NCBI GenBank assembly: GCA_964016885.1
Contig: OZ024751.1
Location: 19,902,001 to 19,966,000, forward strand
DNA: 64,000 nucleotides
From: Eledone cirrhosa
Lineage: Eukaryota
Direction: 5' to 3'
Below the pieces are notes generated by a model. It was not told where the DNA came from and did not search any database. It saw only the letters and a list, made by a program, of their open reading frames with translations. This document shows, one piece after another, positions 13,701 to 28,784 of this stretch. Each line of letters starts with the position of its first letter. Positions within the stretch are counted from its first letter, which is position 1. The translations under genes were made by a program, and so were the position numbers.

Positions 13701-14431
13701 GATAGTGATAGCAGTGTCTATAATGATGACTATAATAATGATGATGATGATGATGATTAATTAAAGCTGGTGTACCAACTGACCAACCAGCCAACCAGCC
13801 AGCTCACCAACTAACCAACCATCATACGAAAGTAATAAGTTTTGGTTTAAATGAGAAATTAATGTCTTACTACATTATGTTGGTACTACAACAACAACGA
13901 CAACAACAACGACAACAACAACGACAGCAACAACAGCAGCAACAACAACGACAACGACAACAACAGCAACAGCAACAGCAACAACAACAACGACAACGGC
14001 AACAACAACAACAACAACAACAACAGCAGCACTTCAGTTTTGTGTTGTTTGTGTGTTTTTTTTTCAACTTTACTTATCCACTTTAGTGACAAATGCTATT
14101 TTATTCATCACACGAACACAATCTCATATAGTTGCGCATATTTTGGCACATATACATACATACATACACACGTACACACACACACATACACATACATACA
14201 TACATACATACATACATACATACATACATACATACATACATACATACATACATACATACATACATACATGAGTGTGTGTGTATGCATATGTATATATATA
14301 TATGTGTGTGTATGCATATATATATATGTGTGTTGTGTGTGTGTGTATGCATATGTATATATATATATGTGTGTGTGCATATGTATATATATATATATAT
14401 GTGTGTGTGTGTATATGTATATATGTATATA

Positions 14432-14486
<55 letters not shown>

Positions 14487-14642
14487 ATATTTGGGGAGGG
14501 TCATATTTGCGTAATATTGCCAGAATTATATATCCCCAAATATAACAATATCTGTTTCGACACACGATTTCATATAAAAAACCTCGCAAAACTATATATA
14601 TATGTATATATATATATATGTATATGTATATATATATATATG

Positions 14643-14757
<115 letters not shown>

Positions 14758-14758
14758 G

Positions 14759-14791
<33 letters not shown>

Positions 14792-15051
14792 GTATATATG
14801 TATATATATGTATATATGTATATGTATATATATGTATATATGTATATGTATATATGTATATGTATATATATATGTATATGTGTATATGTATATATATATA
14901 TATATATGTGTATGTATGTATATATATTCTCCGAATCTCTAACCTTTTGTAAAGCGAAACTGCCGGTAATAGTATTATGAACGGGTAAATATTTAAATCA
15001 TTTTTTAAATTCTTTTAAAGAAGTGTTTAATGTTTGTTTGTTCTGCTCTTC

Positions 15052-15091
<40 letters not shown>

Positions 15092-15102
15092 GAGAGAGAG
15101 TA

Positions 15103-15285
15103 CACCAACCAACCGGAAATTTATAAATTCCTAAATTTATAAATTTATTATAATAAATTGAAGTGAAAGCAACTGGTGCGTGTGTTTCTTATTGGCAACA
15201 TGACCCTCCCAAAGTATAACAATATCGGTTTCAACACACGTTTTCAGATAAAGAATCTTGCTAAACAAATTCAGAAACGAAATAT
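15103..15285 (+). mobile_element. Fragment of the interspersed PLE-like family with a (CCAA)n run
   Basis: Reverse complement of 32372-32500, 17678-17810 and 34760-34890. Confidence 0.7.
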
Positions 15286-15288
15286 ATT

Positions 15289-15340
<52 letters not shown>

Positions 15341-15606
15341 CAGATGTGTGTGTGTGTGTGTGTGTATATATATACAGATGTGTGTGTGTGTGTATATATA
15401 TACAGATGTGTGTGTATACGTATACGTGTGTGTATGTATATATATATATACAGATATGTGTGTGTGTGTATACCTATACGTGTGTGTATGTGTATATATA
15501 CAGATATGTGTGTGTGTGTATACGTATACATGTGTATGTATATATATATTTATACAGATATGTGTGTGTGTATACGTGTGTGTATGTATATATATATATA
15601 CAGATA

Positions 15607-15642
<36 letters not shown>

Positions 15643-15908
15643 CAGATATGTGTGTGTGTATACGTATACGTGTGTATGTATATATATATACAGATATGTG
15701 TGTATGTGTATATATACATGTGTGTGTATATATATACAGATACGTGTGTGTGTGTGTATACGTATACGTGTGTATGTATATATATATAGATATGTATACG
15801 TGTGTGTGTGTATACTTATACGTGTGTGTATGTATATATATATATAGAGAGAGATATGTATACGTGTGTGTGCGTATATATATGTATACGTGTATGTATG
15901 TATGTATG

Positions 15909-15944
<36 letters not shown>

Positions 15945-16069
15945 TACATAATTGAATGTGTTAAAGTGCATGATGTACAGTATCTAAAGTATTTTAGTAG
16001 TTCGATGATAGTTAATCGAACTGGATAAACGACAGTGTAGGTGGGTTGGTGAGAGAGAGAGAGGGTGAG

Positions 16070-16377
16070 GCAGATATGGTGTGTGGGAGAGAGAGAGAGA
16101 GAGATGGTGTATGGGAGAGGGAGAGAGAGATGGTGTATGGGAGAGAGAGAGAGAGATGGTGTATGGGAGAGAGAGAGAGAGATGGTGTATGGGAGAGAGA
16201 GAGAGAGAGAGAGATGGTGTATGGGAGAGAGAGAGAGAGAGATCGTGTATGGGAGAGAGAGAGAGAGATGGTGTATGGGAGAGAGAGAGAGAGATGGCAT
16301 GTGGGAGAGAGAGAGAGAGATGGTGTATGGGAGAGAGAGAGAGAGATGGTGTATGGGAGAGAGAGAGAGAGAGATGG

Positions 16378-16414
<37 letters not shown>

Positions 16415-16592
16415 TGTATGGGAGAGAGAGAGAGAGAGATGTTGTATGGGAGAGAGAGAGAGAGATGGTGTATGGGAGAGAGAGAGAGAGAGAGATGGTG
16501 TATGGGAGAGAGAGAGAGAGAGATCGTGTATGGGAGAGAGAGAGAGAGAGATGGCGTGTGGGAGAGAGAGAGATGGTGTATGGGAGAGAGAG
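16070..16592. repeat. ATGGTGTATGG-(GA)n minisatellite
   Basis: About 20 units with variable (GA)n length. Confidence 0.9.
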
Positions 16593-16928
16593 TCACACAG
16601 GCAGAGATCCTCTGTACGAGTTAGAGAGTGAGTGAGTGAGAGAGAGATGGTCTATAGGAGAGAGAGAGAGAGAGAGAGAGACAGCGATCGAGAGAGAGAG
16701 AGTGAGGAGTGAGAGAGAAAGTGAAGGTATGTCTGTGTGTGTGTAGCTGTGTGTGTATGTATGTATGTATATATGTATGTATGTATGTATGTGGGTGTAT
16801 GTGTGTGTGTATGTATGTATATATATGTATGTGTATGTATGTGTATGTATGTATGCATATGTATGTGTGTGTGCATGTATGTATGTATGTATGTATGTAT
16901 ATGTATGTATGTGTATGTACGTGTGTGT

Positions 16929-16962
<34 letters not shown>

Positions 16963-17056
16963 CTAAGGTAAATATTCACATCGTCAATTAATTGTACAGA
17001 TGACATTTTCATATCTTCAGCTGCTTACATAAACAAACTAATTATTGATTGTATTG

Positions 17057-17100
<44 letters not shown>

Positions 17101-17152
17101 ATAACATACATACAGACGCACACACACATATATACATACATACATACATATA

Positions 17153-17224
<72 letters not shown>

Positions 17225-17303
17225 CACATATATAATCTGTATGCTGTGGTTCTTGCTTTTTATGGCTTTATATATATATCGAGTATATATATATAGAGAG
17301 AGA

Positions 17304-17336
<33 letters not shown>

Positions 17337-17424
17337 GTAGGATGTGAGTTTTATTGTAGTACAATAAAGCAATGCAGATATCGGATAAGAAGCACTCTAC
17401 AGTTTGTAGGACTGGAGTATGCAT

Positions 17425-17662
17425 AATATAAGATCAAAAGATGGTTAAAGGAGTTCCATGTCTTGATGGTTAAAGGAGTTCCATATCTTGATATGTTGAT
17501 TTAAAACTGCACTATCCACAAGTGTTTTTTAGCCTTCATATCATGTTCTCCTGTTTTATCTGATGAAAACACAAATATTATTGCATGATGATGTTTGTTT
17601 TTGAAATGCGCATAATAAAATACATGGAACTCCTTTAACCATCTTTTGATCTTATATTATAT
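17425..17662 (+). mobile_element. Penelope 3' end with inverted 5' flap; same family as 25030-26845
   Basis: 17492-17660 matches 26674-26842; 17425-17461 is the reverse complement of its 3' end. Confidence 0.85.
17552..17622 (+). ncRNA. Type I hammerhead ribozyme
   Basis: TGTTTTAT-CTGATGA-long stem II-GAAA-TGCGCA-TA-ATAAAATA. Confidence 0.85.
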
Positions 17663-17871
17663 TATATATATATATATATTGTTATACTTTGGGAGGGTCA
17701 TGTTGCCAATAAGAAACACACGCACCAGTTGCTTTCACTTCAATTTATTATAATACATTTATAAATTTAGGAATTTATAAATTTCCGGTTGGTTGGTTGG
17801 TTGGTTCCACAACCGGATGATTGTTTATATATTGTCAAAGTTCTTTCGTCACACATTCTGTGACATTTTCA

Positions 17872-17936
<65 letters not shown>

Positions 17937-17954
17937 TAAACTAATACTATCCTA

Positions 17955-17984
<30 letters not shown>

Positions 17985-17987
<3 letters not shown>

Positions 17988-18189
17988 CAAAGGAATTGTG
18001 GTAAGGAACCAGATGGACCATAACGCACCAGAGTACTCAATACTTAGGGTAGTAGAGTGTGAATAGGAAAAAGTATGACCCCAACGGCAGAGCTCAAGCC
18101 GTTTCGATGGCTATTTCTGGACGGCTATTTCTAGTCCAGAAATACCCGTCGAAACGGCTTGAGCTCTGCCGTCGGGGTCATACTTTTTT

Positions 18190-18193
<4 letters not shown>
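17985..18193. mobile_element. Fold-back PLE-like 3' end containing the 3' half of an HHR
   Basis: Inverted repeat ~18063-18193 with GAAA-CGGCTTGAGCTCTGCCG-TC; family also at ~3880-3955, 24406-24495, 40680-40755, 47160-47290, 51957-52160. Confidence 0.7.
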
Positions 18194-18229
<36 letters not shown>

Positions 18230-18440
18230 AACTAATACTATCCTACTAATATATATAAACTTTCCATAGCGTTTAAAATATCGGTTTATCAATCACATAA
18301 CTCAACCTCATTTACATATTCATTTGCATAGTCATCCTAACAATTTTGAAAAATCCGTTCTTTAAATTCACTATCCAAGGAAAATTCAACTGATAAGGTA
18401 TGTTTCCTTGGTTATGTCAATATTTATAAAACACACTTTG

Positions 18441-18502
18441 TATTTTATCTGATGAAAGCGTACCAAAGTTTTTAGTACCCTTGAAATATATATAATAGAA
18501 TA
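18441..18502 (+). ncRNA. Type I hammerhead ribozyme in a PLE 3' end (~18330-18645)
   Basis: TATTTTAT-CTGATGA-AAGCGTAC..GTACCCTT-GAAA-TATATA-TA-ATAGAATA; 8-bp stem I. Confidence 0.85.
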
Positions 18503-18846
18503 AATATGGTTTTATACATATAGTTTCCATTTATTTAATATCATTTAATATTTACTCCAGAATACTGTCGAGTGCTCTGAATCAGTTATAAATCAGTTAT
18601 AAATATTTATATTTGTTGAATTTCCAACAAATTAAATATCTCTTCTACTTGTGTATTTCTGTGTTGGTATATATGTGTAGACGTGTGTGTGTATCTGTGT
18701 GTTGGTATGTGTGTATTTGTGTGTTGGTATGTGTATGTAGACGTGTGTGTATGGGGGTGGGGGTTTCGTGCAGTTTGTGATGACACTTTTTGGTGTGTTT
18801 ATGTGTGTCTGTCTGTTTCCGTATGTGTGTGTGTGTTTCTATACAC

Positions 18847-18894
<48 letters not shown>

Positions 18895-18959
18895 AAGGAA
18901 AAGGAAAACAATGTAGTTTTGCAACGTTGCTGCTGGTGCAACAGCTGTTGTTAACGATG

Positions 18960-19440
18960 CAACTATTGTTACTGTTACTGTTGTTACTACTGTTGTTTTT
19001 ACTGTTGTTGTTGTTGTTATTGTTGTTGTTACTGTTGTTACTACTGTTGTTTTTACTGCTGTTGTTGTTGTTATTGTTGTTGCAGTTGTTGTTACTGTTG
19101 TTACTACTGTTGTTTTTACTGCTGTTGTTGCAGTTGTTGTTGTTACTGTTGTTGTTGTTGTTGTTACTGTTGTTGTTGTTGCAGTTGCTGTTACTGTTGT
19201 TACTACTGTTGTTTTTACTGCTGTTGTTGTTGCAGTTGTTGTTGTTGTTACTGTTGTTGTTGTTGTTGCAGTTGTTGTTACTGTTGTTGTTGTTGCAGTT
19301 GCTGTTACTGTTGTTGTTGTTGTTACTGTTGTTGTTGTTATTGTTGTTGCAGTTGCTGTTACTGTTGTTGTTGTTGTTGTTACTGCTGTTGTTGTTGTTG
19401 TTGTTGTTGCAGTTGCTGTTACTGTTGTTGTTGTTGTTAC

Positions 19441-19471
<31 letters not shown>

Positions 19472-20600
19472 GCAGTTGCTGTTACTGTTGTTACTACTGT
19501 TGTTTTTACTGCTGTTGTTGTTGCAGTTGTTGTTGTTACTATTGTTGTTGTTGTTGCAGTTGTTGTTACTGTTACTGTTTTTACTGCTGTTGTTGTTGCA
19601 GTTGTTGTTGTTGTTGTTGTTGCTGCTGATGTGAGATATTCTCACATAAAAGCTAAATATGTTAGCTCTAAATGTCACTATAGGATGTTGTTTTCTTTGT
19701 TCATTTTCAAGTATCCAACATGTCAGTTTGAAGATTTTCTCTAACGAATTGGTCAAAGTATCATTTCTTTGCCTCCTCGCGCTCAACATTTTCTACAGAT
19801 TTAAGCCATTGGTGATGTTGATGTTGTTGATGTTGTTGTGTGGTTGTGTTGTTGTTGTGTTGATGTTGTTGTTGTGTTGATGTTGTGACGTTGTTGTTGT
19901 TGTTGTTGTTGTTCTTGTTGTTGTTCTTGTTGTGCCTCCTCGCGCTCAACATTTTCTACGGATTTAAGCCATTGGTGATGTTGATGATGTTGTGGATGTG
20001 TTGTTGTGTTGATGTTGTTGTGTTATTGTTGTGACGTTGTTGTTATTGTTGTTGTTGTTGGCCCCTTGCTCTCACTCAACATTTTCTACGGATTTAAACC
20101 ATTGTTGTTGTTGGTGGTGTTGGTGGTGGTGGTGGTGGTGGTGGTGGTCTTGTGTTGTTTGTTTTTGCAGTGTCTTAGATGTGTTGTTATTGTTTTTCTT
20201 GTTATATTTTTGTTGTTGTTGCTGTTTTATTATGTCGTTGTTGTTGTTGTTGTGCTTGTTTTCATTGTTGTTGTTGCTGTTTGTTTTCATTGTTGTTGTT
20301 GTTGCTGTGTTTGTTTTCATTGTTGTTGTTGTTGCTGTTTGTTTTCATTGTTGTTGTTGTTGTTGCTGTGTTTGTTTTCATTGTTGTTGTTGTTGCTGTG
20401 TTTGTTTTCATTGTTGTTGTTGTTGTTGCTGTGTTTGTTTCCATTGTTGTTGTTGTTGTTGCTGTGTTTGTTTTCATTGTTGTTGTTGTTGCTGTGTTTG
20501 TTTTCATTGTTGTTGTTGTTGCTGTGTTTGTTTTCATTGTTGTTGTTTCTGTGTTTGTTTTCATTGTTGTTGTGTTGTTGTTGTCGTTGTTGTTGTTGTA
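18960..20600. repeat. (GTT)n-derived compound repeats
   Basis: Degenerate TTG runs; ~30-bp GCTGTGTTTGTTTTCATTGTTG.. units at 20250-20570. Confidence 0.9.
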
Positions 20601-21402
20601 GACGCTGTTGTATTTCCTATGTCGTTTTGGTTGTGTCGGTGCATGTCGTTGTTAGTGTTATTGTTGTTCCTACTGCTTTGATCGAACAGGCCCTTGATTA
20701 GCAGCGTTTCATGTGTTTAGGTTACGGCACTTCACCCACAACGCTTGGGTTGGGCTGAGGTTAAGTTAAAAGATCCTTACTCCAGATACTCCAGATGTCA
20801 GGGCAGTGGGATCACATCTGGAATTTCCTAATTGTGAAGTGAACTTTTCCACCATCCAATCAAGCCTCTAACACATATATACTACACTATAATAATTAAT
20901 CCAAGGTCTGCTTGATGGGGTGGGCTTGATGAATACCGATAAAATCAACACCATAAACAGCTCTTAACATTACCATATAAGGAGTTTAATACTACCACCA
21001 TCACACCATCAACCTTACGTAATCCTCAACATCATAATTGCTTCAAACTTCAAATCGACACTAGCACATCTAACACCACCGTCACAACAACACCAACCAA
21101 TATCACAACCACCATCACCAACAGCCAACAATACCACTAATACTACCATCACAACACCAACCAATACCACCACCGCCACCACCAAAGGGCAACAATACCA
21201 CCAATACTACCATCACAACACCAACCAATACAAACCACTAGTAGTAAACAATGCCACTAATACTACCATCACAACACCACCAACAACAACTATAGCCAAT
21301 ACAGCCACCACCACGAACAACAACAACAACAACAACAACAACAACCATAGCCCAATTCAACAACCAACAATAACTACACCAACAAGAAAAATAGCCCATA
21401 CA

Positions 21403-21757
21403 ACCACCACCACCATCACCAAAAGCCAATACCACCACCACCATCACCATCACCAAAAGCCAATACCACCACCACCATCACCATCACCAAAAGCCAATAC
21501 CACCACCACCATCACCATCACCAAAAGCCAATACCACCACCACCATCACCATCACCAAAAGCCAATACCACCACAACCATCACCATCACCAAAAGCCAAT
21601 ACCTCCACCACCATCACCATCACCAAAAGCCAATACCACCACCACCATCACCATCACCAAAAGCCAATACCACCACCACCACCACCATCACCAAAAGCCA
21701 ATACCTCCACCACCATCACCATCACCAAAAAGCCAATACCACCACCACCATCACCAA
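21403..21757. repeat. 34-bp minisatellite, ~10 copies
   Basis: Unit ACCACCACCACCATCACCATCACCAAAAGCCAAT. Confidence 0.9.
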
Positions 21758-22436
21758 TAGCTCATACAACCATCACCAACAACAAAAAAACAACAACAAT
21801 AGCCCAATTCAACAAACAATAACGACACAAACAACTACAATAGCCAATATTAACACCACTACAAACACCACCACCATCATCACAACAATTGATTTTAAGG
21901 CAAGTGTTATGTTTATGTTAATTTATTTCATCCCCAACAGATAAGATCAAATAGATTTTCTGTGTGACTAAATTTAATCATAAGTTTTAGCTTTCACAAG
22001 AATTCAATCTGAGCTGTTTCTCACAGAAGCTTCAAATTTAATCTTATTAATATGACTCTCTCACTCACATATGTGTATATATAGGCATATATATATATGT
22101 GTGTGTGCGTGTATATATATATATATGTGTGTGTGTGCGTGTATATATATATATATATGAATCTATGTATAAATATATATATATATGTATATATGTGTAT
22201 ATATACATATATGTGTATATATGTGTATATATGTGTATATATATATACATGTATGTGTATATATGTGTATATATACATATGTGTATATAGTCATATATGT
22301 ATATATATGTGTAAATAGTCATATATGTATATATATATGTATATATACATGTATGTATATATACGTGTATGTATATATATATGTGTATATATACATGTAT
22401 GTATGTATACGTATATACGTATATGTATATATATAC

Positions 22437-22468
<32 letters not shown>

Positions 22469-22641
22469 GTATATATATATACACACACACATACATGTAT
22501 GTATGTATACGTATATATACATATATGTATATATACATATATATACATATATATACATACATATATATATACATATATATACATATATGTATATATACAT
22601 ATATATACATATATGTATATATACATATATATACATATATG

Positions 22642-22673
<32 letters not shown>

Positions 22674-22766
22674 CACACACACATACATATATTTATGTGT
22701 ATGTATGTGTATGTATATATGTGTATATATATATATGTATGTATGTATATATATGTATATATATGC

Positions 22767-22830
<64 letters not shown>

Positions 22831-23125
22831 TGACTTACAGACAACTCAGTAATCATCGTCATCATCATTGCCGTGGTATATACACTGGCATTATTGTTTT
22901 AGTATATACAATGCCATCATCAGGATTACTACAACTAGCAACACCACCGTCACCATCATTATCTCCACCACCACCGTCACCCCCATCTTCACCGCCATCA
23001 CTACCGCCATCATCATATTATATAGAATATATCTTCACAATCTCTAATGATTCCAAAGAGACTGCAAGCCTTATCAAGGCTTATCACAACTATCATAATA
23101 TAAAAATAAAAATATAAATATATAT

Positions 23126-23162
<37 letters not shown>

Positions 23163-23186
23163 AATATATATATATATTTATATATA

Positions 23187-23271
<85 letters not shown>

Positions 23272-23311
23272 GATATTAAATAAATGGAAACTATATTTAT
23301 AAAACCATATT

Positions 23312-23377
23312 TATTTCATTATATATATTTCAGGGATATCATATTAACAATATGTTATGCCTTCTTCAGACAAAATA
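23312..23377 (-). ncRNA. Type I hammerhead ribozyme
   Basis: Reverse complement of 23538-23603. Confidence 0.8.
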
Positions 23378-23537
23378 CAATATAGACAGTTTTATAGATA
23401 AATAGATTTGACATACCGTTCAACATCGACTTGTTGGTGAGATTTGGCAGATCAACTTTGGCAAATCAACTTTTTCAAATACAAGTCGATGTTGAACGGT
23501 ATGTCAAATCTATTTATCTATAAAACTGTCTATATTG

Positions 23538-23603
23538 TATTTTGTCTGAAGAAGGCATAACATATTGTTAATATGATATCCCTGAAATATATATAATGAA
23601 ATA
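23538..23603 (+). ncRNA. Type I hammerhead ribozyme
   Basis: TATTTTGT-CTGAAGA-AGGCATAACATATT..AATATGATATCCCT-GAAA-TATATA-TA-ATGAAATA. Confidence 0.8.
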
Positions 23604-23757
23604 AATATGGTTTTATAAATATAGTTTCCATTTATTTAATATCGTAAATATACTCCAAATACTTGTTGAGTGCTTTTATATCAGTTATAAATATTTACTA
23701 GTTGTAACCCAACAATTTAAATATAACTTTCCATATATATATATATATATTTTTTTT

Positions 23758-23815
<58 letters not shown>

Positions 23816-23837
23816 TATATATATATATATATATTTT

Positions 23838-23868
<31 letters not shown>

Positions 23869-23869
23869 T

Positions 23870-23902
<33 letters not shown>

Positions 23903-24133
23903 ATTTATATCTTTTTCATATGTAACCCATTTGCAACGCCGCAGCTCCATTATTATCATATATATATAGGAAAAAGTATGACTCCGACGGCAGAGCTCAA
24001 GCCGTTTCAATACTTATATATATATATATATATATAAGTATTGAAGTTTCCGTTGAAAATTGAAAAAGTCATAGGAGTGAAGAGTGCTCTATGTAAGTTA
24101 CAGAACTAAATTTAATGAATAATAAACAATACT

Positions 24134-24327
24134 ATATAATTACCTCATTACCAGAGGTTTCCCGAATAAAACGAATATAAGGAACGTCGGCGTAGTCTGA
24201 CGAACGAATGTCTGATGAACGAATGTCTGACGAACGAATGTCTGACGAACGAATGCGGACGTTTCTTGTATTCGTCTTGTTCGGGAAACCTCTGGTAATG
24301 AGGTAATTATATTGTATTGTTTATTAT

Positions 24328-24332
<5 letters not shown>
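24134..24332 (+). mobile_element. Fold-back PLE-like end with a 4x stuttered HHR core
   Basis: (GTCTGAYGAACGAAT)x4 at 24195-24254, then ..TTCGG-GAAA-CCTCTGG-TA-ATGAGGTA; inverted copy of this 3' end at ~24136-24170. Confidence 0.75.
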
Positions 24333-24408
<76 letters not shown>

Positions 24409-24870
24409 CGAAGGAAATGTGGTAAGGAACCAGGTGGACCATAACGCACCAAAGTACTCAATACTTAGGGTAGTAGAGTGGGTAATAGGAACGAGTATAT
24501 ATATAGCTTTATAATTATCATAATCAGAGAAAGTGTTAACAACATCTGTGGTGGTGGTGCTGGTGGTAGTCGTGGTAGTAGTGGTGATAGTGACGGTCCT
24601 GGTACTGGTGGTGATGGTAGTAGTAGTTGTAGTAGTAGTGGTGGTGGTAGTACAGTAATGGTGGTTGTGATAGTATTATTTCTATAACGGAGGCAGCAGC
24701 ATTAAACGGATGAGAGATGGGTTTTTTTTTTTTTCATTCATAAATTCTCTTCTCACTGGACATGACTTTAGTCTTTTACAGATAACTTTCCCATGCTTAT
24801 TTCGTAATTCTGCCTGACAATGACACCTACTAAAGTGGGCAAGTACATTCTATGTTCGACTTCCAGTGCC

Positions 24871-25033
<163 letters not shown>

Positions 25034-25127
25034 TTGGAATGATCATGATTAATTATTCTACTGTAATTTCTTCTAGAATTTGTTTCTTTACTATATTTAA
25101 TTTTATCAGGATAGCCGGCGTTATTAT

Positions 25128-26114
25128 TACTATAATAACGCGCTTTCTAAAGCCGGCTATCCTGATAAAATTAAATATAATAAAGGAACAAATTCTAGAA
25201 GAAATTCCAGTAGAATAATTAATCATGATCATTCCAATAACTTTAATAAAAGACCTAGATACAAAAACATAATCTGGTATAATGCTCCTTTCTCCATCTC
25301 TATTAATAACAATATTCCTAAATTATTCTTTAGTGCCTTAAATAATTGCTTCCCTCCCTCACATATCTATAGTAAAATATTTAACAAACACACTATAAAA
25401 CTTTCCTATTCTACATCCTCCAACATTTCCAACATTATCTCTAAACACAATAAAATACTAAATACTAAATCTCTTCTTTCCAACACTGAATATCATAATA
25501 ATAGTACTCCCGACGTCATTGTAAACCCTAGGCTAATTTCTACAAACCCAAATACAACGTCAAACACAACTTCGCTAAATGTTCTTAATCCCATTCTAAA
25601 TCAAGAAACTATTATTCCTATCGCAAATAACTTCTCCAATCCAATTCCTTCTATAGATAACACTAGGTCACTCATTAATAATCTCTCTAATCGCAATTGC
25701 AATTGCCCTATTAAAAATAAATGTCCTCTCAACAACCATTGTCTTGATAAAAACTTAATTTACGAATGTAAAGTTATAACTGACACCAATTCCTTCACCT
25801 ATTTTGGCTCCACTTCCACCTCTTTTAAAGCTCGTCTTTATAACCATCATTCGTCTTTTAAATACAAACTTAAAAGAACCAACACGGCTCTCTCAGAACT
25901 CATATGGTCCTTGAAAGACAAAAATATTAAATATAGCATCTTTTGGAAGAAGGTTTCTTCTGCGTCTGCATACTTGAACAGTTCTCTATCCAAAATTTGC
26001 AATATCTGCCTAAATGAAAAATTTACCATTATTTCTAATTTAGATTCTATAATAAATAGACGCACTGACTTGTTTTCTATCTTCCATAAAACATTTCACA
26101 AAGTATACAGCTAA
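25128..26114 (+). pseudogene. Penelope ORF C-terminal part (thumb/linker, Cys knuckle, GIY-YIG endonuclease); stop-free, no start codon
   Basis: Hand translation: YNNALSKAGY..NIIWYNAPFS..KIFNKHTIKLSYS..CNCPIKNKCPLNNHCLDKNLIYECKV..TYFGSTSTSFKARLYNHHSSF..TALSELIWSLK..CNICLNEK; in frame with track ORF 25911-26114. Confidence 0.92.
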
Positions 26115-26733
26115 TATTCAATTCTTTATCAATTTATAATCTTTTTCTCAAAGGCACATATATATATATATATTTTGACGTTAGATTATTCATCCTCAAT
26201 TCATTATTCTTTTCTCCCTTTCATCTAACTCATTCATCTTACAATATTTCCTTACTTAAATAACCTGTTCCTTTTAATAATACATATCAACATCTTCTTA
26301 ACATCGCACATATTATTAAACCCTTAAACATTATTCTCAATACATATTAACATTTTCTTTTTTCATCGCACATATTAACAAACCCCTCAAACCTTAACTT
26401 TACATTATTTTCTCTTCATTAATTTTCAAATTCTTTTAATTTATTCATTATCTTCCAACGGTTTTCAACCTCTCTATGTAAAACAATATATCTTTCTCAG
26501 TTATAAAAGCTATCTCTCTCTTTCTATCACCCATCTCTCCTCCTATCTCATCCTTCCTCATTATACTCCTCCCTCTCCACTTTTTACTCTCATCTCCTTT
26601 TTCATCCTTCCCCCCCCCCCTCTAAATAAAATATTTTTCCCAATATCACACATCAATCTAAAACTACTTCTCATATGTTGATTTAAAACTGAACTATCCA
26701 CAAGTGTTTTTTAACCTTCATATCATGTCTTCA

Positions 26734-26804
26734 TGTTTTATCTGATGAAAACACAAATATTATTGCATGATGATATTTGTTTTTGAAATGCGCATAATAA
26801 AATA
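26734..26804 (+). ncRNA. Type I hammerhead ribozyme in the Penelope 3' UTR/pLTR
   Basis: TGTTTTAT-CTGATGA-AAACACAAATATTA..TGATATTTGTTTTT-GAAA-TGCGCA-TA-ATAAAATA. Confidence 0.88.
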
Positions 26805-26843
26805 CATGGAACTCTTTTAACCATCTTTTGTTCTTATATATTA

Positions 26844-26894
<51 letters not shown>

Positions 26895-26948
26895 ATTTAT
26901 ATTTATATATATATATATTTATATATATATATATAAATATATATATAT

Positions 26949-27002
<54 letters not shown>

Positions 27003-27015
27003 TATATATAAATAT

Positions 27016-27124
<109 letters not shown>

Positions 27125-27145
27125 TAAATATAAATATATATTTAT

Positions 27146-27190
<45 letters not shown>

Positions 27191-27377
27191 TAAATATATA
27201 TTTATATATATATATATAAATATAAATATATATTTATATATATATATATAAATATAAATATATATTTATATATATATATATAAATATAAATATATATTTA
27301 TATATATATATATAAATATAAATATATATTTATATATATATATATAAATATAAATATATATTTATATATATATATAT

Positions 27378-27601
27378 ATCATCATCGTTTAACGTCCATC
27401 TTCCACGCTTGCATAGGTTGGACGGGAATTTTCCCACTTGAGGCAAGATTGGTTGTCTTGCTCGTATAGGACTGTCTGGCGGGTTTTCTACGGCTGGATG
27501 CCCTTCCTAACACCAACCACGTTTACAGTGTGGACTGGGAGGTTTTTACCGTGCTACCTACACGGCCACATTACAGCGTGGACTGTGTGTTTTTTTGTCG
27601 T
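27378..27601 (-). mobile_element. SINE/LINE-like 3' end with (GAT)n tail
   Basis: Close copy at ~34262-34560 (..TTTCTACGGCTGGATGCCCTTCCTAACACCAACC..). Confidence 0.65.
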
Positions 27602-27646
27602 AAATATATATATATAAATATATATAAATATATATATATATATATA

Positions 27647-27680
<34 letters not shown>

Positions 27681-27771
27681 AATATATATATCAATATATA
27701 TATATATATATAAATATATATATCAATATATATATATATAAATATCAATATATATATATATATATAAATAT

Positions 27772-27870
<99 letters not shown>

Positions 27871-27932
27871 AAATATCAAAATAGTTAAATCTTAGTTTAA
27901 TACATTTATTTGCTGACAACTGTTTCTTCCAG

Positions 27933-27991
<59 letters not shown>

Positions 27992-28282
27992 AAAGGATGG
28001 ATTCAGTTAGAAACTGGTTAGGTCATTACTATCCCTATATCAAGTACTCTGGTGAGTAGAGTTTGGTTATATGAATGAAATCTGGCCCCCGACGGCTGAG
28101 CTCTTGCCGTTTCAACTGCCTGATATATATGTGTGTGTGTGTGTGTGTGCGCGCGTGTATGTGTGTCTGTGTAGCTATCTCACTCTGTTTCATCCTTAAC
28201 TTCTCACCGCTTACTCGCAACACATCTCTTCTTTAACTCTATCTATCTATTTATCTATCTCTCTATCTATCTACCTATATAT

Positions 28283-28355
<73 letters not shown>

Positions 28356-28734
28356 GCACACAATCTCTCTCCCCTTTTCTTCTTGCCACTTACTTTACCC
28401 AGACTTCCCTCTCTCTCTTTCCGCCCTCTCTCTCCCTCTCTCTTCTTCCTCTCTTTCTCTCTCCATCTCTCTCTCTCGCTCTCTCTCTCTCGCCCACCCT
28501 CGGTCTGTCTGTCAGTCTGTCTGCCATCTACTAACCACGAGCCACTCTAAACCTACTTGTGTAATGGAATATGTTATATACGGCTTAATGTAATGTAATG
28601 TAAATAATAATGTGCTAACACATTAGAATATCACGTGAATTACTAAACACACACACACTATATATATATAAAACATGCATACATGAATACATACATACAT
28701 ACGTGCAAACAAACACACACACACACACACACAT

Positions 28735-28784
<50 letters not shown>

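Larger units (their letters stand above)
23271..23733. mobile_element. Fold-back PLE 3' end with arms 23271-23434 and 23481-23644
   Basis: ~164-bp inverted repeat in (AT)n; homologous to 4088-4538 in the opposite orientation. Confidence 0.85.

Noticed and set aside
12247-13760. 473-aa Pro/His-rich ORF
   Set aside because: Open in several frames and on both strands because of GGT/GAT repeats.
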